DNA from: Amoebidium appalachense | Taxonomy: Eukaryota > Protista > Ichthyosporea | Assembly: GCA_963693365.1 (NCBI GenBank) | Contig: CAVNZM010000016.1 | Location: 6,617,029-6,681,028, forward strand | Direction of reading: 5' to 3' | DNA length: 64,000 nucleotides | In this document: one piece after another, positions 1 to 13,567 of the stretch | Layout: each line of letters opens with the position of its first letter | How positions within the stretch are numbered: the stretch's first letter is position 1 | Position numbers and translations under genes: made by a program | The notes under the pieces: model-generated | Seen by the model: the letters and a program-made list of their open reading frames with translations, nothing else | What the model was told of the DNA's origin: nothing | Databases searched by the model: none

Positions 1-437
1 ATTTGGTGCGTGATACGCGAGATGTGCGGGACCCACGTGATCTGCGAGATGCACGTGACCCACGAGATCTGCGGGATGCACGTGATTTGGTACGTGACCC
101 ACGGGATGTGCGAGATGTGCGGGATGCACGTGACTATGACCCGCTGGGTGACACGTGGGAGGAACAAATCATGCAGAGACGTGCAGAGATGGCGAGGGAG
201 GGCCGGAGCATGGGTGGGGATAATGCCAAGTTAAAGAAGATCGGCGATTGGCTGGGGGTAGATCCGGTTGCTGATCCGGAAAAGTATGAGATTGCCATTT
301 CAAAGCGCACGATTTATGTTGGCAACCTGCCCGTTACGTACAACCCAGACAAGGACCGGGATGCCATCTGCCGGACGTTTGAGCAATTTGGCGATGTGAT
401 GGATGTGCGCGATCGCCATGGAAGCAGGTAGAGTTTA

Positions 438-469
<32 letters not shown>

Positions 470-828
470 CCGCCCGCCCGGCCACCCGGCCCCTTCCCCA
501 CCTTTCCGGCAAATAGAAGGAAGGAAGAAAGAAGGGCAAAGAAGATAAAGGGATGGGGAATGGGGATGGGAATAAAGAACGAGACAGAAGGAAGGAAAGA
601 AGTCAGACGGACACCAAAGCAAAAAAACACACACACATGTGCGCGTGCGGGCATGCCAGTTCGGACAGATGCACGTCTTGGGTTCGAACCCCCCCTAAAA
701 GCCTCCCCCCCAAGACCTCCCCCCTCCCCCCTTTTCCTACCCCCCTCACCCATCCATGATATCTCGAACTACTTCTACATGATTTTGTCCGTTGTAAAAA
801 CGAAATGCGTGCTGGGTAATGCACTTAG

Positions 829-880
<52 letters not shown>

Positions 881-1151
881 CCTCCCACACACCCGTCCGA
901 CACACCCACCCGTCGCCCCCCTCATTTCCATCCGTGCAGAAGCTACGAGAGGCGACACACACACATACCCGCTCTTGCTTTCATTGTCTCTGCCGTTTTT
1001 AATCTAGCACACTTGCCTTTCAGAGCTCACGTGCACGTATACTGCATACACACACACTCACTCACTCACTCACTCACTCACTCACTCACTCACTCACTCA
1101 CTATCACACACACACATACACACACACTCGACACACACACTCACGCTCGAC

Positions 1152-1201
<50 letters not shown>

Positions 1202-1341
1202 TCCTCTTTTTGACATTCCGTGAGCCCTCGCAAGCCAGCCGTGCACTTGATTTGTGCAAGCAAGGCCTGCAGTTTAATGGGAGTCTGCTGCTAATCCGCA
1301 CAGCTCACACGGGATCTCAGAGCAAAGCACGGCGCAAGTAA
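1..1341 (+). CDS. 3' part of an RNA-binding protein: (RDx)n repeats followed by a C-terminal RRM; exons <1..427 and 1200..1341
   Basis: RNP2-like TIYVGNLP in exon 1. GT at 428 and AG at 1198-1199 splice in frame to give RNP1-like RFLFLTF, followed by SQASRALDLCKQGLQFNGSLLLIRTA; stop TAA at 1339-1341. The gene start lies outside the window. Confidence 0.85.
10..135 (+). repeat. Coding 9-nt-period repeat encoding RDx triplets
   Basis: Translation RDTRDVRDPRDLRDARDPRDLRDARDLVRDPRDVRDVRDARD. Confidence 0.8.
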
Positions 1342-1581
1342 CTTCAAAATGACTGAATTTACTGGTGGGTGATATGTTAATGTGTTTTTTTCTTTTGCTA
1401 ACTGAAGCATTTTTTGTTGTGTGGGCGTTGTGTATGTTGTGATGGGGTTGGGGTGAGGGGGAGGTGGGTGGCTGGGTGGCTGAGTGGGTGAGTGTGGATG
1501 GGGGTCGGGTGGGTGGGTGAGTGTGGATGGGGGTCGGGTGGGTGGGTGAGTGGGTATGGGTGGGGGCGTGGGTGGGTGGGG

Positions 1582-1618
<37 letters not shown>

Positions 1619-2391
1619 ATTTTTATCATATTTTCTGAAATAGTCTGTTTCTGTTTGCCACATGCATAGAAAATGTCGGCTTGCTACAGCCAGTAGTCCT
1701 GATGTCTCTGACAGATATTTGCTGGTGGGCGATCTGTGGATGTGTTCATTCCTTCACGCTCTGCCGTGTTTTGTGTTGTGTGGGCTTTGTTGAATTTGTG
1801 GGGCTTGGGGCGGGGGAATGAGGATTGGTGGTGGGTGGGTATGGGGAGAATGGGGGGGGGGGGGGATGTGTGTGAGTGAGTGGGCGGGTAGGTGGGGGGG
1901 GGTGTTCCCAATTGTGTGTGTGAGTGTGTTTTCCGGGAGGTTGGAGGGGAATGTATGTGTGTGTGTTTTGGGGGGAGGGGGGGGGGGGGGGGGGGGGGGT
2001 ATTGATGTATACATGTCTTGGTGTCTGAACTATCAAAGCGTTTTTCTGTTACGGCACGCATGGAAAGGTGGCGACCTGCTACAGTACAACCATATTCGAT
2101 GGGTGAAAATGCATATTTGTCTGTAATCCTTGCTTGCGAACATTGTATGGTGTTGTCTGTCGTGATCTAATACTTGGTAATGAAACACACACTACATGCC
2201 CACCCCCCCCTCACCTCCCCTGGCCGTTCCGGTTTTCGGTTTGTTATTCTTTTTTTTTTCGTGTGGATTTCCCAGTTTTTTTTTTTATAGGTAGTTGCTT
2301 CCAAGTGTTCCACACCAACACATCACCCGCCTATGTCCCTTCTTATGCTCCTGGCAAAGAGGCAAACACACAATGCGGCGCTTACGCGCGG

Positions 2392-2451
<60 letters not shown>

Positions 2452-2803
2452 ACAACACACATGGGCATGTTTCTTCTTGCCTGGCTCTTGCAAGTTATTC
2501 TTTTATTGCTATAAATACACTAACTGATGTGGTGTGGTTACAGTCTTGAGAAACCGTCCTGAGCAATGGTGGGGGTGGAAGGTGGCTCGGATCTGTGCAT
2601 CTGCACACATTCCAACGACTAAGGAAGGTGGTGCATCACTGCTAGGCGGATTGCAGCCTGCGTCGTGAAACATGTTGAAGTTATGTGATTTGTGCGCATG
2701 TGCACACTCACACATGCATATGTACACATTTATGCAGGCACTTACACACACTAACCGACTCACTCACTTCACAAGCGCGCACACGCACTCACTCAGCTCG
2801 CTT

Positions 2804-2842
<39 letters not shown>

Positions 2843-3385
2843 TGCACTCACGCACCCACGTATGCATGCAGAGACGTGCATACAGCCATAAATTATACGT
2901 TTCTTCTTGGACTTGCCTTTCGTAATATTTTTTTTTTTCTTTTCTTTTTTTTTTTTTTTTGTCGTTTCCGTTTTGATCTGGCAGTGCTCTAAGGTGCAAG
3001 AAGTATTCAATCCTCGAATCCCAGTGTCAGAATGCTGATTAGTTTTTTTTATCTTCGGTTTAAAATCACACGAGCTACAGTTGACAGCAGGGCTGCACGT
3101 GGGTTTCGAATTCGAACGTTGATACGTTGAAACTAGTTTCTTCGATTTTTTGGTTTTGCTTTTTATGCTTGAAGAGCAATTGTACTGTGGAAAAAAAAAA
3201 AACTGTTCCTTGTAAATTATAAAAACGTGTGGCAGGTACCACCACCCAATATATCATTGCATGTGCACGTGTAGGAAATTGTGTGCACGTGTGTTTTTAG
3301 CCGCGGCCTGCAGGTCGGGTAAATTAAGTGCATGCTCAGCTGCGCAGACCGATACATGATCCCCCACACACGTCATGCAAGCGCG

Positions 3386-3441
<56 letters not shown>

Positions 3442-4677
3442 GCGTGAACACAGAAAATAACATAATAAATCGTGGCATGCGGCCACGTGCACACAGACTC
3501 GGCACAGTGTAAGCAATACAAATACGCTGGGCCCCCCGGCCACACCGCTGCAGGGGGGGCACATGTGTATCTGACGGTGTACCGCATCCGCACGCACGCA
3601 ATGGCATTTCGCACGCACACAAATGATATTGATGTGTGCACACACATGTACACGCCGTGTGTGCACGTGCATGCGCAAATGTGACTCGTGATACACATGT
3701 GCACAGTCTGTACAGGTCCACGTGCAGATGTAAGTAAGGAAATGCAGACTGCTGCCAACCCGAGCCTATTGTTGATGTACATATGCATGTGCACGTGTGC
3801 ACGTGTGCACGTGGTCTCCCACACACGCACACACAAAGCACAATAATCGAGGGCCCATACATATTCCAGGTGTGCATAATGGTCACTGTGCGGAAGCCGA
3901 ACGATCATGGTGCGGCACACACACACATACACACACTCTACACACACACTAATATTAGCTGGCACACACCCACACCCACACACGCACACACGTGTGCACA
4001 TGTACACGCAATATATGAACACACACGCACGCACATACCCACACACGCACACACGCACACGCACACACACACATACATGCATGCACACACGGGATGGCTA
4101 TTCAGTGGTCAACCTGGCACACCACCACCACGTGTACATACACGTGTGCACGCATCTTAGAACCAATGAAAAAATAAACAATCTTTGCGCAAAACGTGAT
4201 AACCAATAGGCATGTCGAAGACCGGAGGAGCGCAAAATGTTTGTGTTGAAAGTTCGACACGTATGTACACGACCCAGCACAGAACCCCAGAACTAAACCT
4301 GTCAGACAAGCATCGTCTTTATGAGCCTTCTTGACGTTGATCAGGGGTAGAATAGTTAGTTTTATGATCCACTTTTTTAATGTGTAAGAAGGACTGTGGC
4401 AGCTCGATTTGTCGGCTCTGTCCTTCAAGTTGGGTTCTCAGCAGTAGTACGCGCCTGGCCCACAACGTTCAGGCTTCTCTTGCTTGGTTGCATGCATAAC
4501 GAAAAAACGACTTGGCTTACACAAACTTAACATACATAATCACAAGTAACGCCTTTATTAAGGATAACTTCAACAGCAACAACCCTTAAGAATAATCCTC
4601 GACACGTGCACACCTTGGAGTTGGCTCCTTCGGGTCAGCAACCAAGCGCCGTGAAAACTAGCGCAGTAGCTGTAGTT

Positions 4678-5895
4678 ATGGGGCCCCCTTCCCCCCGCAT
4701 ACGCACTTTCAAACACCTAAACGACGACATTCTTACGCACATATTCTCTCTCCTTCCATTAAGAACTCGCTTGAGGTGCACGCTGGTTTGTCGGAGATGG
4801 TGCCGCTTTGCTCGTCTTGTTTCCACAAATGAGCTTGTGCAAGTTCCCAATAAGCCATTGAACATCACCAGGCTGGGGTTCAGTGTTTGGGGCAAAAACA
4901 TCCGCTCTCTCCACATCACAACAAGCAACCTGATTCTAGGCGACACCAACTACATATACAACATTCTGGAAAGTTGCCCCGAACTCGAACGCCTCGTCAT
5001 CGCACACACGCATCAATCCGACGTTTTCGAAGTCCTCCCTGTCCTCTCCTGCCCCAGCTTGACCAGTCTCGTTCTGGAAAGCAAATCAGCCTCCGTCGTG
5101 AATTCGTTCCTCGGTCTTGAGGCACTCGTCCAGCTAACCAACCTGAAACGACTTGAGTTCCCGAAATCCATCACCATAACCGAAGAAGATGTAGAAACCA
5201 TCGCCCTATGCACCTCGCTCGAGCAGTTGAAAGTGCGCACAGAGAGCTCAGTCAGCCTTGATCCCCTCTGGGAGTTGAGCAATTTAGGCTCTCTTGTATG
5301 CAACTCGCAAAGTCTTCCAGACGACATCTCTTGTTGGCCTCTAACCAGTTTGAGACTCGAAGATTCCCCTCAACACATCGACTTTCTTCTCACCACTCCC
5401 CATCTTCGTTCCCTCACCATTGAGCATGCGTCATACATTACAAGTTTCGAAGACGTTGAACCACTCGGTGCGTGCAAATACCTTACCTTTGTCTTTCTGG
5501 GAGAACTTAAACGAGCAACCACACTCGAGCCGCTTTCCGAGTGCACGAAACTACGTCATCTTGAGCTACACGCAGCTTATAACCTCCTTGATATTTCCTT
5601 CCTTCGCTCGTGCAATCAACTCACCACCCTCAAGATCACAGACGCAAACAAATTGGCGGACCTCGGCCCTGTTGGTAACTGCACCCAGCTGGAGGTGTTC
5701 AACACCACATGCCATCGTTGCAAAAACGTGGGCTTGATGGTTGCGTGCAAAAAATTGTGCCGGTTCATGCTTGCGTATAGCGGTGTGGAGGAGGATATGG
5801 ACTGGCTGAAGCGCCTTCCTAACATTACTGACCCGAAGTGCTGGTCCATGGGTCAGGAGCGCAAACGCTGGTATGTTGAGGGATTTCCCTTGTGA
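4678..5895 (+). CDS. F-box/leucine-rich-repeat protein (intronless)
   Basis: F-box motif LNDDILTHIFSLLPLRTRLRCTLVCRRW, then many LRRs (LxxLxL, e.g. CTKLRHLEL, CNQLTTLKI). First ATG at 4678, TGA at 5893-5895. Confidence 0.9.
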   Translation: MGPPSPRIRTFKHLNDDILTHIFSLLPLRTRLRCTLVCRRWCRFARLVSTNELVQVPNKPLNITRLGFSVWGKNIRSLHITTSNLILGDTNYIYNILESCPELERLVIAHTHQSDVFEVLPVLSCPSLTSLVLESKSASVVNSFLGLEALVQLTNLKRLEFPKSITITEEDVETIALCTSLEQLKVRTESSVSLDPLWELSNLGSLVCNSQSLPDDISCWPLTSLRLEDSPQHIDFLLTTPHLRSLTIEHASYITSFEDVEPLGACKYLTFVFLGELKRATTLEPLSECTKLRHLELHAAYNLLDISFLRSCNQLTTLKITDANKLADLGPVGNCTQLEVFNTTCHRCKNVGLMVACKKLCRFMLAYSGVEEDMDWLKRLPNITDPKCWSMGQERKRWYVEGFPL

Positions 5896-7191
5896 AGTGA
5901 TGTAGACATGGAATAGGGGTGCGTATCTGTGGTCAACTACTATGGCTATCAAATTGTGTACTGGGCTGTTGTTTCGTAATTAACGGTGTGTTGCTCCTTG
6001 GATTTGAACAGGTTCCTGTAACCATAGTATGCAAAGGAATGGGTAGGCGATTTTGCAAGATTCGGAGAATATGGTGCAGTCCTCTTTCTTTCGAAGGTGT
6101 TTGGTAACTTCAAGGCCGTCTCTTCGGTTGGAGACTTCTTGATTTGAGTGTATATAAAGTAAATAAAAATGTCACCTCTGTGTCTTCAAGTTTTTTCTCT
6201 CCCCTCATGACCGCAAAGCTTGCCATCGGCCGGTTGTGCACACGTTCAACACAAACGTTTGAAAGCTGATTGTCACACGGAGAACATAATGCAGAACCGT
6301 TACAACAACGTTAAAAAAAATGAGCCAAAAGCATGCACAGCATGGCTGTACGTTCCAAAACCTTTCCCGCTCGTGCCTTCTTCCATGTGTATATCGCCAG
6401 ACTTTTTGTGTGCATGCTTGTGGCACGCATGGGATGGACACAACCGCCTCCACACACGTACACTTGTGTGTACATGCGGTGCTAACAGAAAACTTGTTGG
6501 GTGCCAATCCGAGGGCCGCCTCAAGTGTGCTATTTACGAGGCCTTGGGCAACACGCATGTTTATTGTTTTTTCTGCGGAAAACTCATCATGTATGTCAGA
6601 AGTTCAAACACTAAAACGAAGCTTCATCTCAGTACTATATTAGTTCTACAACAAAAAGCCGCTCCTCTCATACATGTACAGGCGAACTTTCGTGCCAACA
6701 TGAGCCAGCATGATGCCATGACGGAGTGAGCCACCATAATGAGAGCATGATATCAGAGAGGCTCGCGCATCTATCTTCCTGTTTTAACGCTTTAATATAA
6801 GTTTTTTCAATTCTAATGCATCAATGATATGTTTGAAATATATTTATATTTCGCCGTTTTTTGCTCACATGTCTCAGCTGACGCCAACAGACGCCGACAA
6901 AGTTCACGTTTTGGCTCGAGCAGAGCTGCAGACGTTAACAGACTTCGAATGATAACGTTTTCTCCGCTCTGGTTTTATTCGCATGTTTCTCGAAACTTTT
7001 GTAACTAGTTTGTAGGGGTACGAGTCGTAAACTGGTTATATCAAGCCCATGCTGTGGCCCCATTCTGTGCGATAGGAATACAGATTGAGTCGTTGCTTTA
7101 GACACAACTTGAATCGTGTAGGTCCTTTCAGTTGCTCAACATTCGAAGGTGTTACCAGCTGGGTGGTGTTGCTTGTGTGACAGACTGAAGC

Positions 7192-7687
7192 ATGAAGGTC
7201 TGGAAGACAGAGCACACGTTTACGTAAGTTTTTGGGTTGTGATGGCAGCATCGTGTGCGCATGTATAAAGGAATGTTAGAGGACTTTGAAGCCGAGGGCT
7301 GGGAAAGAGCGGAGGCACAACGGGCGTGGGGTGGGGAGGTGGGGCTTTGAGAGGGCCCAGGGGAGGGGAGGCAAGGGGGGAAGAGGGGGGGGGGGGGGGG
7401 GGGGGGGCTTTCAAAGGGAGGTGTGTGTCTGTGGTTGTGGTGGGATGAAGGGGAGAGTTGAAGTGATAGGAATAAATTAGTTGCCACAAATATGATTCGA
7501 GGAGAGAAAGATGTGTTTAAGGGAATTGTCTTTCTGTCTTTCTCAGGTAGAAACAGGAGTAAGGAAGCTCTTCTCTTTTCTTACTCCCGTTTCTATCACG
7601 GTGATGCTAGAGTCCCAGGAATCCCAAGAAGCACATGTGTAGGACTCAGTGGCAAAAGGGTGGTGGTGGTGGTGGTGGTCGGTTGGG

Positions 7688-7730
<43 letters not shown>

Positions 7731-7945
7731 ATTTATTTTATTTTATTTATTTATTTGGGGGGTGGGGGGGGGGGGGGGGGGGGGATGGAGTATATTGTTT
7801 ATGTATTTATTTCTTTATTTTATTTTATTTATTTTTTTGGGGGGGGTGTGTGTGTGGGGGGGGGGGGGGGGGGGGGGGGGGGAGGGGGAGGAAAAAAGAA
7901 GGGGTCTATACGGTCGGAGACGGGCCGTGCAGGCAGGAGGTTGTG

Positions 7946-7977
<32 letters not shown>

Positions 7978-8205
7978 AAAAAAAAAAAAAACACCCACCC
8001 GCCCCGCCCGCCCACCCCATCCCACCTGCCCCTCCCTTTCACCTCCTCCTTCCCCCCCCCCTCCCCCCCCCCCCCCCTCCCCTCTCCCCCCCCCCCCCCC
8101 CCCCCCCCCTCCCCTCTCCCCCCCCCCCCCCCCCCTACATACACACACCCAGGCACTCACAACGGTGCGTGTGCACACACAAGCTGCACCCCACTTCCCC
8201 TCCCC

Positions 8206-8236
<31 letters not shown>

Positions 8237-8438
8237 ACACACCCACCACCACCACCACCACCGCCGCCGCCACCACCGCTAACCCCACCTCACCCCACCC
8301 CTACCCTCAAGATACACACGCACGTATTCCAAGATACACCCACATCTACAAGCATAAATCATAAATTGTCCGCAACCACCTACGCGCCCATTTACTGACT
8401 CCCCTTCCCCCCTCCCCCCTCCTCGTCCACCCACCCAG

Positions 8439-8475
<37 letters not shown>

Positions 8476-9769
8476 CATTCACACACACACATACACACAC
8501 GCACACACACACGCACACGTACACGTACACACGTCCATGCAGCCACTCGTGGGCAGACGTGACCACTGCGTTCTGGCTCAAGTATCCAAACCCGCACAGC
8601 CCACACGTGCTTGCCGTTGACGTCATACAACGATATGTGGACCCGTCCACCCTCACACTGCACACAGTGCGGCTGCTGAAAAAGACAAACGCAAAGCCAA
8701 AACTGGCTGAAAAGGTATGCTGTTTCCCCCCTTTTTTTCCTGTAAAAAAGGGATGCAGAACGATGTTTTGTACGGATATAAATGTGCGTGTGCATGTGCG
8801 TGTGCGTGTATGCGTGTATGTGGGTGGGTGTGGGTGTTTTTTTTTTTGTTTTTTTTTGTTTTTTCTTTTTTCTTTTTTGTTTTTTTTTTGGGGGGGGGGG
8901 GGGGTCTGTCTGTGACATAGTCTTTTTCAGGCTGTGTGTTTCTTGTGATGTGTGCCTTTGTGTGAAATAGAGAGTCCCCCCCCCCCCCCCCCAAAAAAAA
9001 AAAAAAAAAAAAAAAAACACGACCACGAGCCCCCCCCCCCCCCCCCCCCCCTCCCCTTCGCAAAAACCACCACTAAAAAACACAACACAACCACCACCAT
9101 ACCCAGCCAAGCACGATGCTGCATGTTTCCAGGAGGTTTTCTGGTTTTTTGCTGGAGCCCAAAGAGAGAGAGAGAGAAAAGAGGGTAGAGAAGATGAAGT
9201 GTGAGGCGAGCCTCCGGGTAGAGAAATAAAGGGGAAAGATGGTTGGGGAAGAGGGGAGGGGGGAGGGGGGGGGGGGAGGAGGGGGGGGGGGGCAAATGGA
9301 TAGAAGATCTGCTTGTGAACAGGCGGGAGAGGAAGGGAAAAGAAGAATGGGGGAAGGGGGGGGGGGTTGTGAGAGAAATGGCAAAGATTTTCTTACATCA
9401 AACTCGTGTCCTGTTTTGAAGCAAAACTCTTCATTTATCCCCCCCCCCCCCCCCCCCCCCCCTCTCCCTCTCTCTTTTCCCGTAAATTTTCCATCCTTCC
9501 ACACCCCAGCCTAATCTCACCCATCCCCCCCCCCCCACCCATCCACCCACCCACCCACCCACCACTACACCACCGCCTGCCTCTTACCCCTTGTTACCTG
9601 TTTCCAAATACGTGTTAGCGAAGGTAGTGAATGGGGAAGGAATGAATTGCTTGTACCTAGTTGGGCACTACTTGCGCACACACGTACATTGAATCATCAG
9701 CGCGCTCGTACATACACACGTTACAACTGCCTACACACACGCGCGCGCACGCACGCACGCACGCGCGCG

Positions 9770-9823
<54 letters not shown>

Positions 9824-10822
9824 AATACACCTACACGTACGCTGACACGTACACTAACAACGTGCACATAGGCCTTTACACATACACAGGCATATACTGA
9901 CACATATACCGACATGTACACTTACACGCACACGTGCTCGTGCAGCTGTTCAAGGGCAAGGATGGGTACGTGCTTGAAGAGAGCACAGTGGATGTACGTG
10001 AGGGGGTGATGAAGACAGTCACAGTCAATCTGAGCTACAACAGAGTGCTGAGGGTCGAGGAGCACTGCATGTACACGAGTGTAGATGGACAGTACGTGCC
10101 TGTGTGTGTGTGTGTGCATGGAAAACTGGAGACACGTAGACACATGTATGCCCGCATGCAGACACATTCACACATGCATTCCGCACAAAAGCGTGTGTAT
10201 GGAAGCCCGTGCGCTCAGGTGGGTTCGCATGCACAGGCAGACAGACAGACACGGGTACATACGCACGAGCACACTCACAGGCACAAAGATACACCTACAC
10301 ATATTCTTGTGGATGAACCCACGACACACGTGCACGCGCGTGCAAGTAGTGAATACACACTACATACTCTCCTGTCCACACATGCATGGCTATGTGTCAT
10401 ACCTGCACACAGGGAGAAATGGATATGCATGTGTGCACTACCCACCTGCGCTTACTGCATACTGGCTGATGTGCACACGAAATCTCGAAACCTTGTGTGT
10501 GCATATATGAGCCCCGACGATTGTAGCTAGTTGCTTGGTCATGTAAATGGGGAGGGATAGGGCGAAGGGGGGGAGGGGGAGGGCTGATGTGCACACGAAA
10601 TCTCGAAACCTTATGTGTGCATATATGAGCCCCGACGATTGTAGCTAGATGCTTGGTCATGTAAATGGGGAGGGATAGGGGGGAGGGGGAGGGGGGGGGG
10701 GGGGGGGGGGGGGGGAGGATGTGTGGTCTTGCTCTTTTTCTCTCTTTGATTTGCCCCTTTCTCGTCTCCCCCCCCCCCCCCTCCCCCTCCCCCTCTCCCC
10801 GTCCCTTTTCACCTGCTGCCCC

Positions 10823-10853
<31 letters not shown>

Positions 10854-11370
10854 AAAAAAAAAAAAAAACACTATTATAATGAATAAAAAGCTGCCCACTC
10901 TCGTCCGTTTGTACTTGCACTGCTTTCCCTTGTGCCTGTGAGCAAGATGACAGTTCTGTTTCTCGTGTTTGTGCATGTGGGCATGGGGATGGAACAGGCG
11001 CCCTGTGTCTCTATGCCCGTGTATACGTGTGTGTCTGCACGTGATTTTTCTTATCTGTCACGTGCCATGGTCTTCTAACGATCTGATTGGACCAGCACGC
11101 ACCTGACCACCGAGGTGCGCCTCGTTAGTCCCATGTGGGGGTGGGCGAAGGCGGTGGAGACGGTGGCACTGGAGAGATTCAAGTCAAATGTGCAAAAGGC
11201 GGGTTTATCCCTATCTATCTCACTCACTCCTTCACTTACTCACTCTTATCATCTTGTCTTCCTCCCCTCTCCCTGTCAACCTACCTTCTCACTCCTTTCT
11301 CTTCCTTTGTCTCTCTAACTATCTTTCTACCCATCACCCCCGGGCGCCCCCCTCCCTCTCCCCCTTCCCA

Positions 11371-11407
<37 letters not shown>

Positions 11408-11953
11408 CCTTCCCCCCTTCCCTCTTCCTCTCCCCCTCGCTCCATTGACCATCCTTGCCTTTCTCCCTCCCTCTCATCCCGTCCCTTCCCCTTCTTTCTC
11501 TCCTCACCTCTATGCTCCCCTTCTCTCTCCCTCCTCCCCCCCTCCCCCGCTCCCCCCCCCCCCCCTCCCCTTTCTTTCTTCCTTTTATCCCCTGTTTGCC
11601 TCGCTCCCTCTCCCTCCCTTCCCTCCCTTCCCCGTTCCCCCCCCCCCCCCACTTCCCCTCACTTGCATTCTGCATCGTGTTTATGTGTTTGTTCTTGTGT
11701 ACTTCGTACTTTTTGACGCATTCAAACCCCCCTTCCCCTCTCGCCTATCCGCACGTCTGCAGACCCGCCCCCCCTCCCCACACACACTCACACGCACACA
11801 CACACACACACACACTGGCACATGTGGACCACTATCTGTATCTGTGCACATCGGGTTGGTATGTGTCTATGCCTGCGACTGAGTTACCCAAGGTATCGCC
11901 AGGTTATCATGCAATGTGGATTGTTTCTTCTTTTTTCGGCAGTGTACGTTCTG

Positions 11954-11990
<37 letters not shown>

Positions 11991-12003
11991 CCCGCGCCCC
12001 GGC

Positions 12004-12076
<73 letters not shown>

Positions 12077-12298
12077 TACCACCACCACACACCCACGTGT
12101 GCATGCACACACACACGTACATGCACATGCACATGCACACGCACACACAACATCCCCCCCCCCCCCCCCCCCCCCCCCCCGGCGCCCACACACACACACA
12201 CACAGGCTCGCACTGCTCTCGAGTTTGTCCTTCACAATGTCGTTCTGAAGGACCGCAAGGGTGGAGATGCAGCGAAAAATGAACCACGCGATAACTGA
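7192..12298 (+). CDS. PRELI/MSF1-domain mitochondrial lipid-transfer protein (Slowmo/PRELID3/Ups2-like); exons 7192-7223, 8543-8714, 9946-10091, 11096-11198, 12206-12298
   Basis: Spliced product [38 protein letters not shown]...YVLEESTVD...[12 protein letters not shown]...[16 protein letters not shown] matches PRELI family motifs. All four junctions are phase-compatible: three GT-AG introns and one GC-AG intron. Confidence 0.92.
10464..10679. repeat. Near-perfect tandem duplication (about 98-bp core, 118-bp period) in PRELI intron 3
   Basis: GGCTGATGTGCACACGAAATCTCGAAACCTT...GGTCATGTAAATGGGGAGGGATAGG occurs at 10464 and 10582. Confidence 0.85.
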
Positions 12299-13086
12299 AA
12301 ACCATTCATCTGGCTTGATTTTGGATGGGAATAGCCTTTTTTGGCAATCATGCTGTTTTTTTGGCTATATCACTGCAACGAATAGCCCTTATTTGGATGA
12401 CACGCTGCCTTTTTTTTTCGATATCACCGAATGCAATTCGAATGACTGCCTGAATGAAAACATGCTTACTACTTGTATAACAGCTTTGTACGTTCACTTT
12501 TCTTCAATAGCTCGGAGGGATATTTTTCGAGTTTTGACAAGAAGGGTTGGAACACCAATTATGTTGGAACAATCCCGCTTTTAACTTTTGTATGCTGTGC
12601 TTTTTCCCACCCTTCAATCTTGTTCTTTTTCGTCATGGTATTAGTTCTTTTTTTTTCTTCTTTTTTTTCTTTTGCCCTAGTTGATGAACGCTTGTAAATA
12701 CGAGGTGAGTTTTCGATTCTTGCCATATTTATTGTATGGTGTTGAATGACACAACTGTTTCGTGGCACACATTAAACAAGTTCTTGGATTCTGCGTGATT
12801 GCAATATATCACGGAGCGTAATATTATCCATCGTACCATGGCCACACACGTACACACACACACGCATGTGCGCGCATAGCACACTGTCAGGCACACACGC
12901 CCTACACAACACACAGTCATTGGTTAACACACACACGTATCCTATCTCTTTCCCTCTCTCTATCAGACTGAGTACTACACGCAAAACAGACACACACACA
13001 CACACACACACGCACACGCGCACGCACACACACACACACACACACATAGACACACACACGCGCGCGCACGCACGCACATGTAGTAC

Positions 13087-13567
13087 TGTAAACAGTTGGA
13101 CTAGTTAGGATAAGGCAGAGTACAACTGAATCAAAATAAAGACAGAGAACGGGTAGAAAGGCACACGCGGCCAGGTTGCTTTTACTATGGGCCGACTCAG
13201 TCTGTCTCAAGACTTCACTGATGTGATCCCCGTACTGGGACGGCTTTGTTATATAGCCCCCAGGTTTCGGATCAAGGCCCAGGATTGGTTCATCCGCGGC
13301 CAGCGCGGGTGGCAACATGCCATTCGTGATTCTGGTGCGGTCCGAGCCAGTCAGACCTTCGTCCTATTTATGCAAACCTCTTATTGGTTCACTTCGTTTA
13401 TGTGGTATGAAGCGGAAGAACCATATATGGTTCAATTCTTAGGTCAGAGTGAGTCCTATTGGTGCGGACATAATATTTATGTGATATTCATGACAAAGCA
13501 CGAATCGTGTGCTAGTAGATCACATTCTTTAGTAAACATGTACAGTTCATGTGTACAGTTGTTTACA
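13087..13567 (-). repeat. 3' LTR of the non-autonomous element
   Basis: Direct repeat of 16223-16699; minus-strand TATA (CTATATAA at about 13249-13256) and several CCAAT boxes. Confidence 0.92.

Noticed and set aside
553-4209. Many ORFs rich in HT/CV/P/G repeats, here and throughout the window
   Set aside because: They are translations of (CA)n, (GA)n and poly-C/G tracts, which lack stop codons, and show no domain signal.
4102-4495. Possible minus-strand exon divergent from the F-box gene
   Set aside because: No ATG-initiated frame stays open and no homology was recognisable.
6220-6729. 169-aa Cys-rich ORF between the F-box and PRELI genes
   Set aside because: Non-ATG start, no recognisable motif, and composition like the surrounding non-coding TG/CA-rich DNA.
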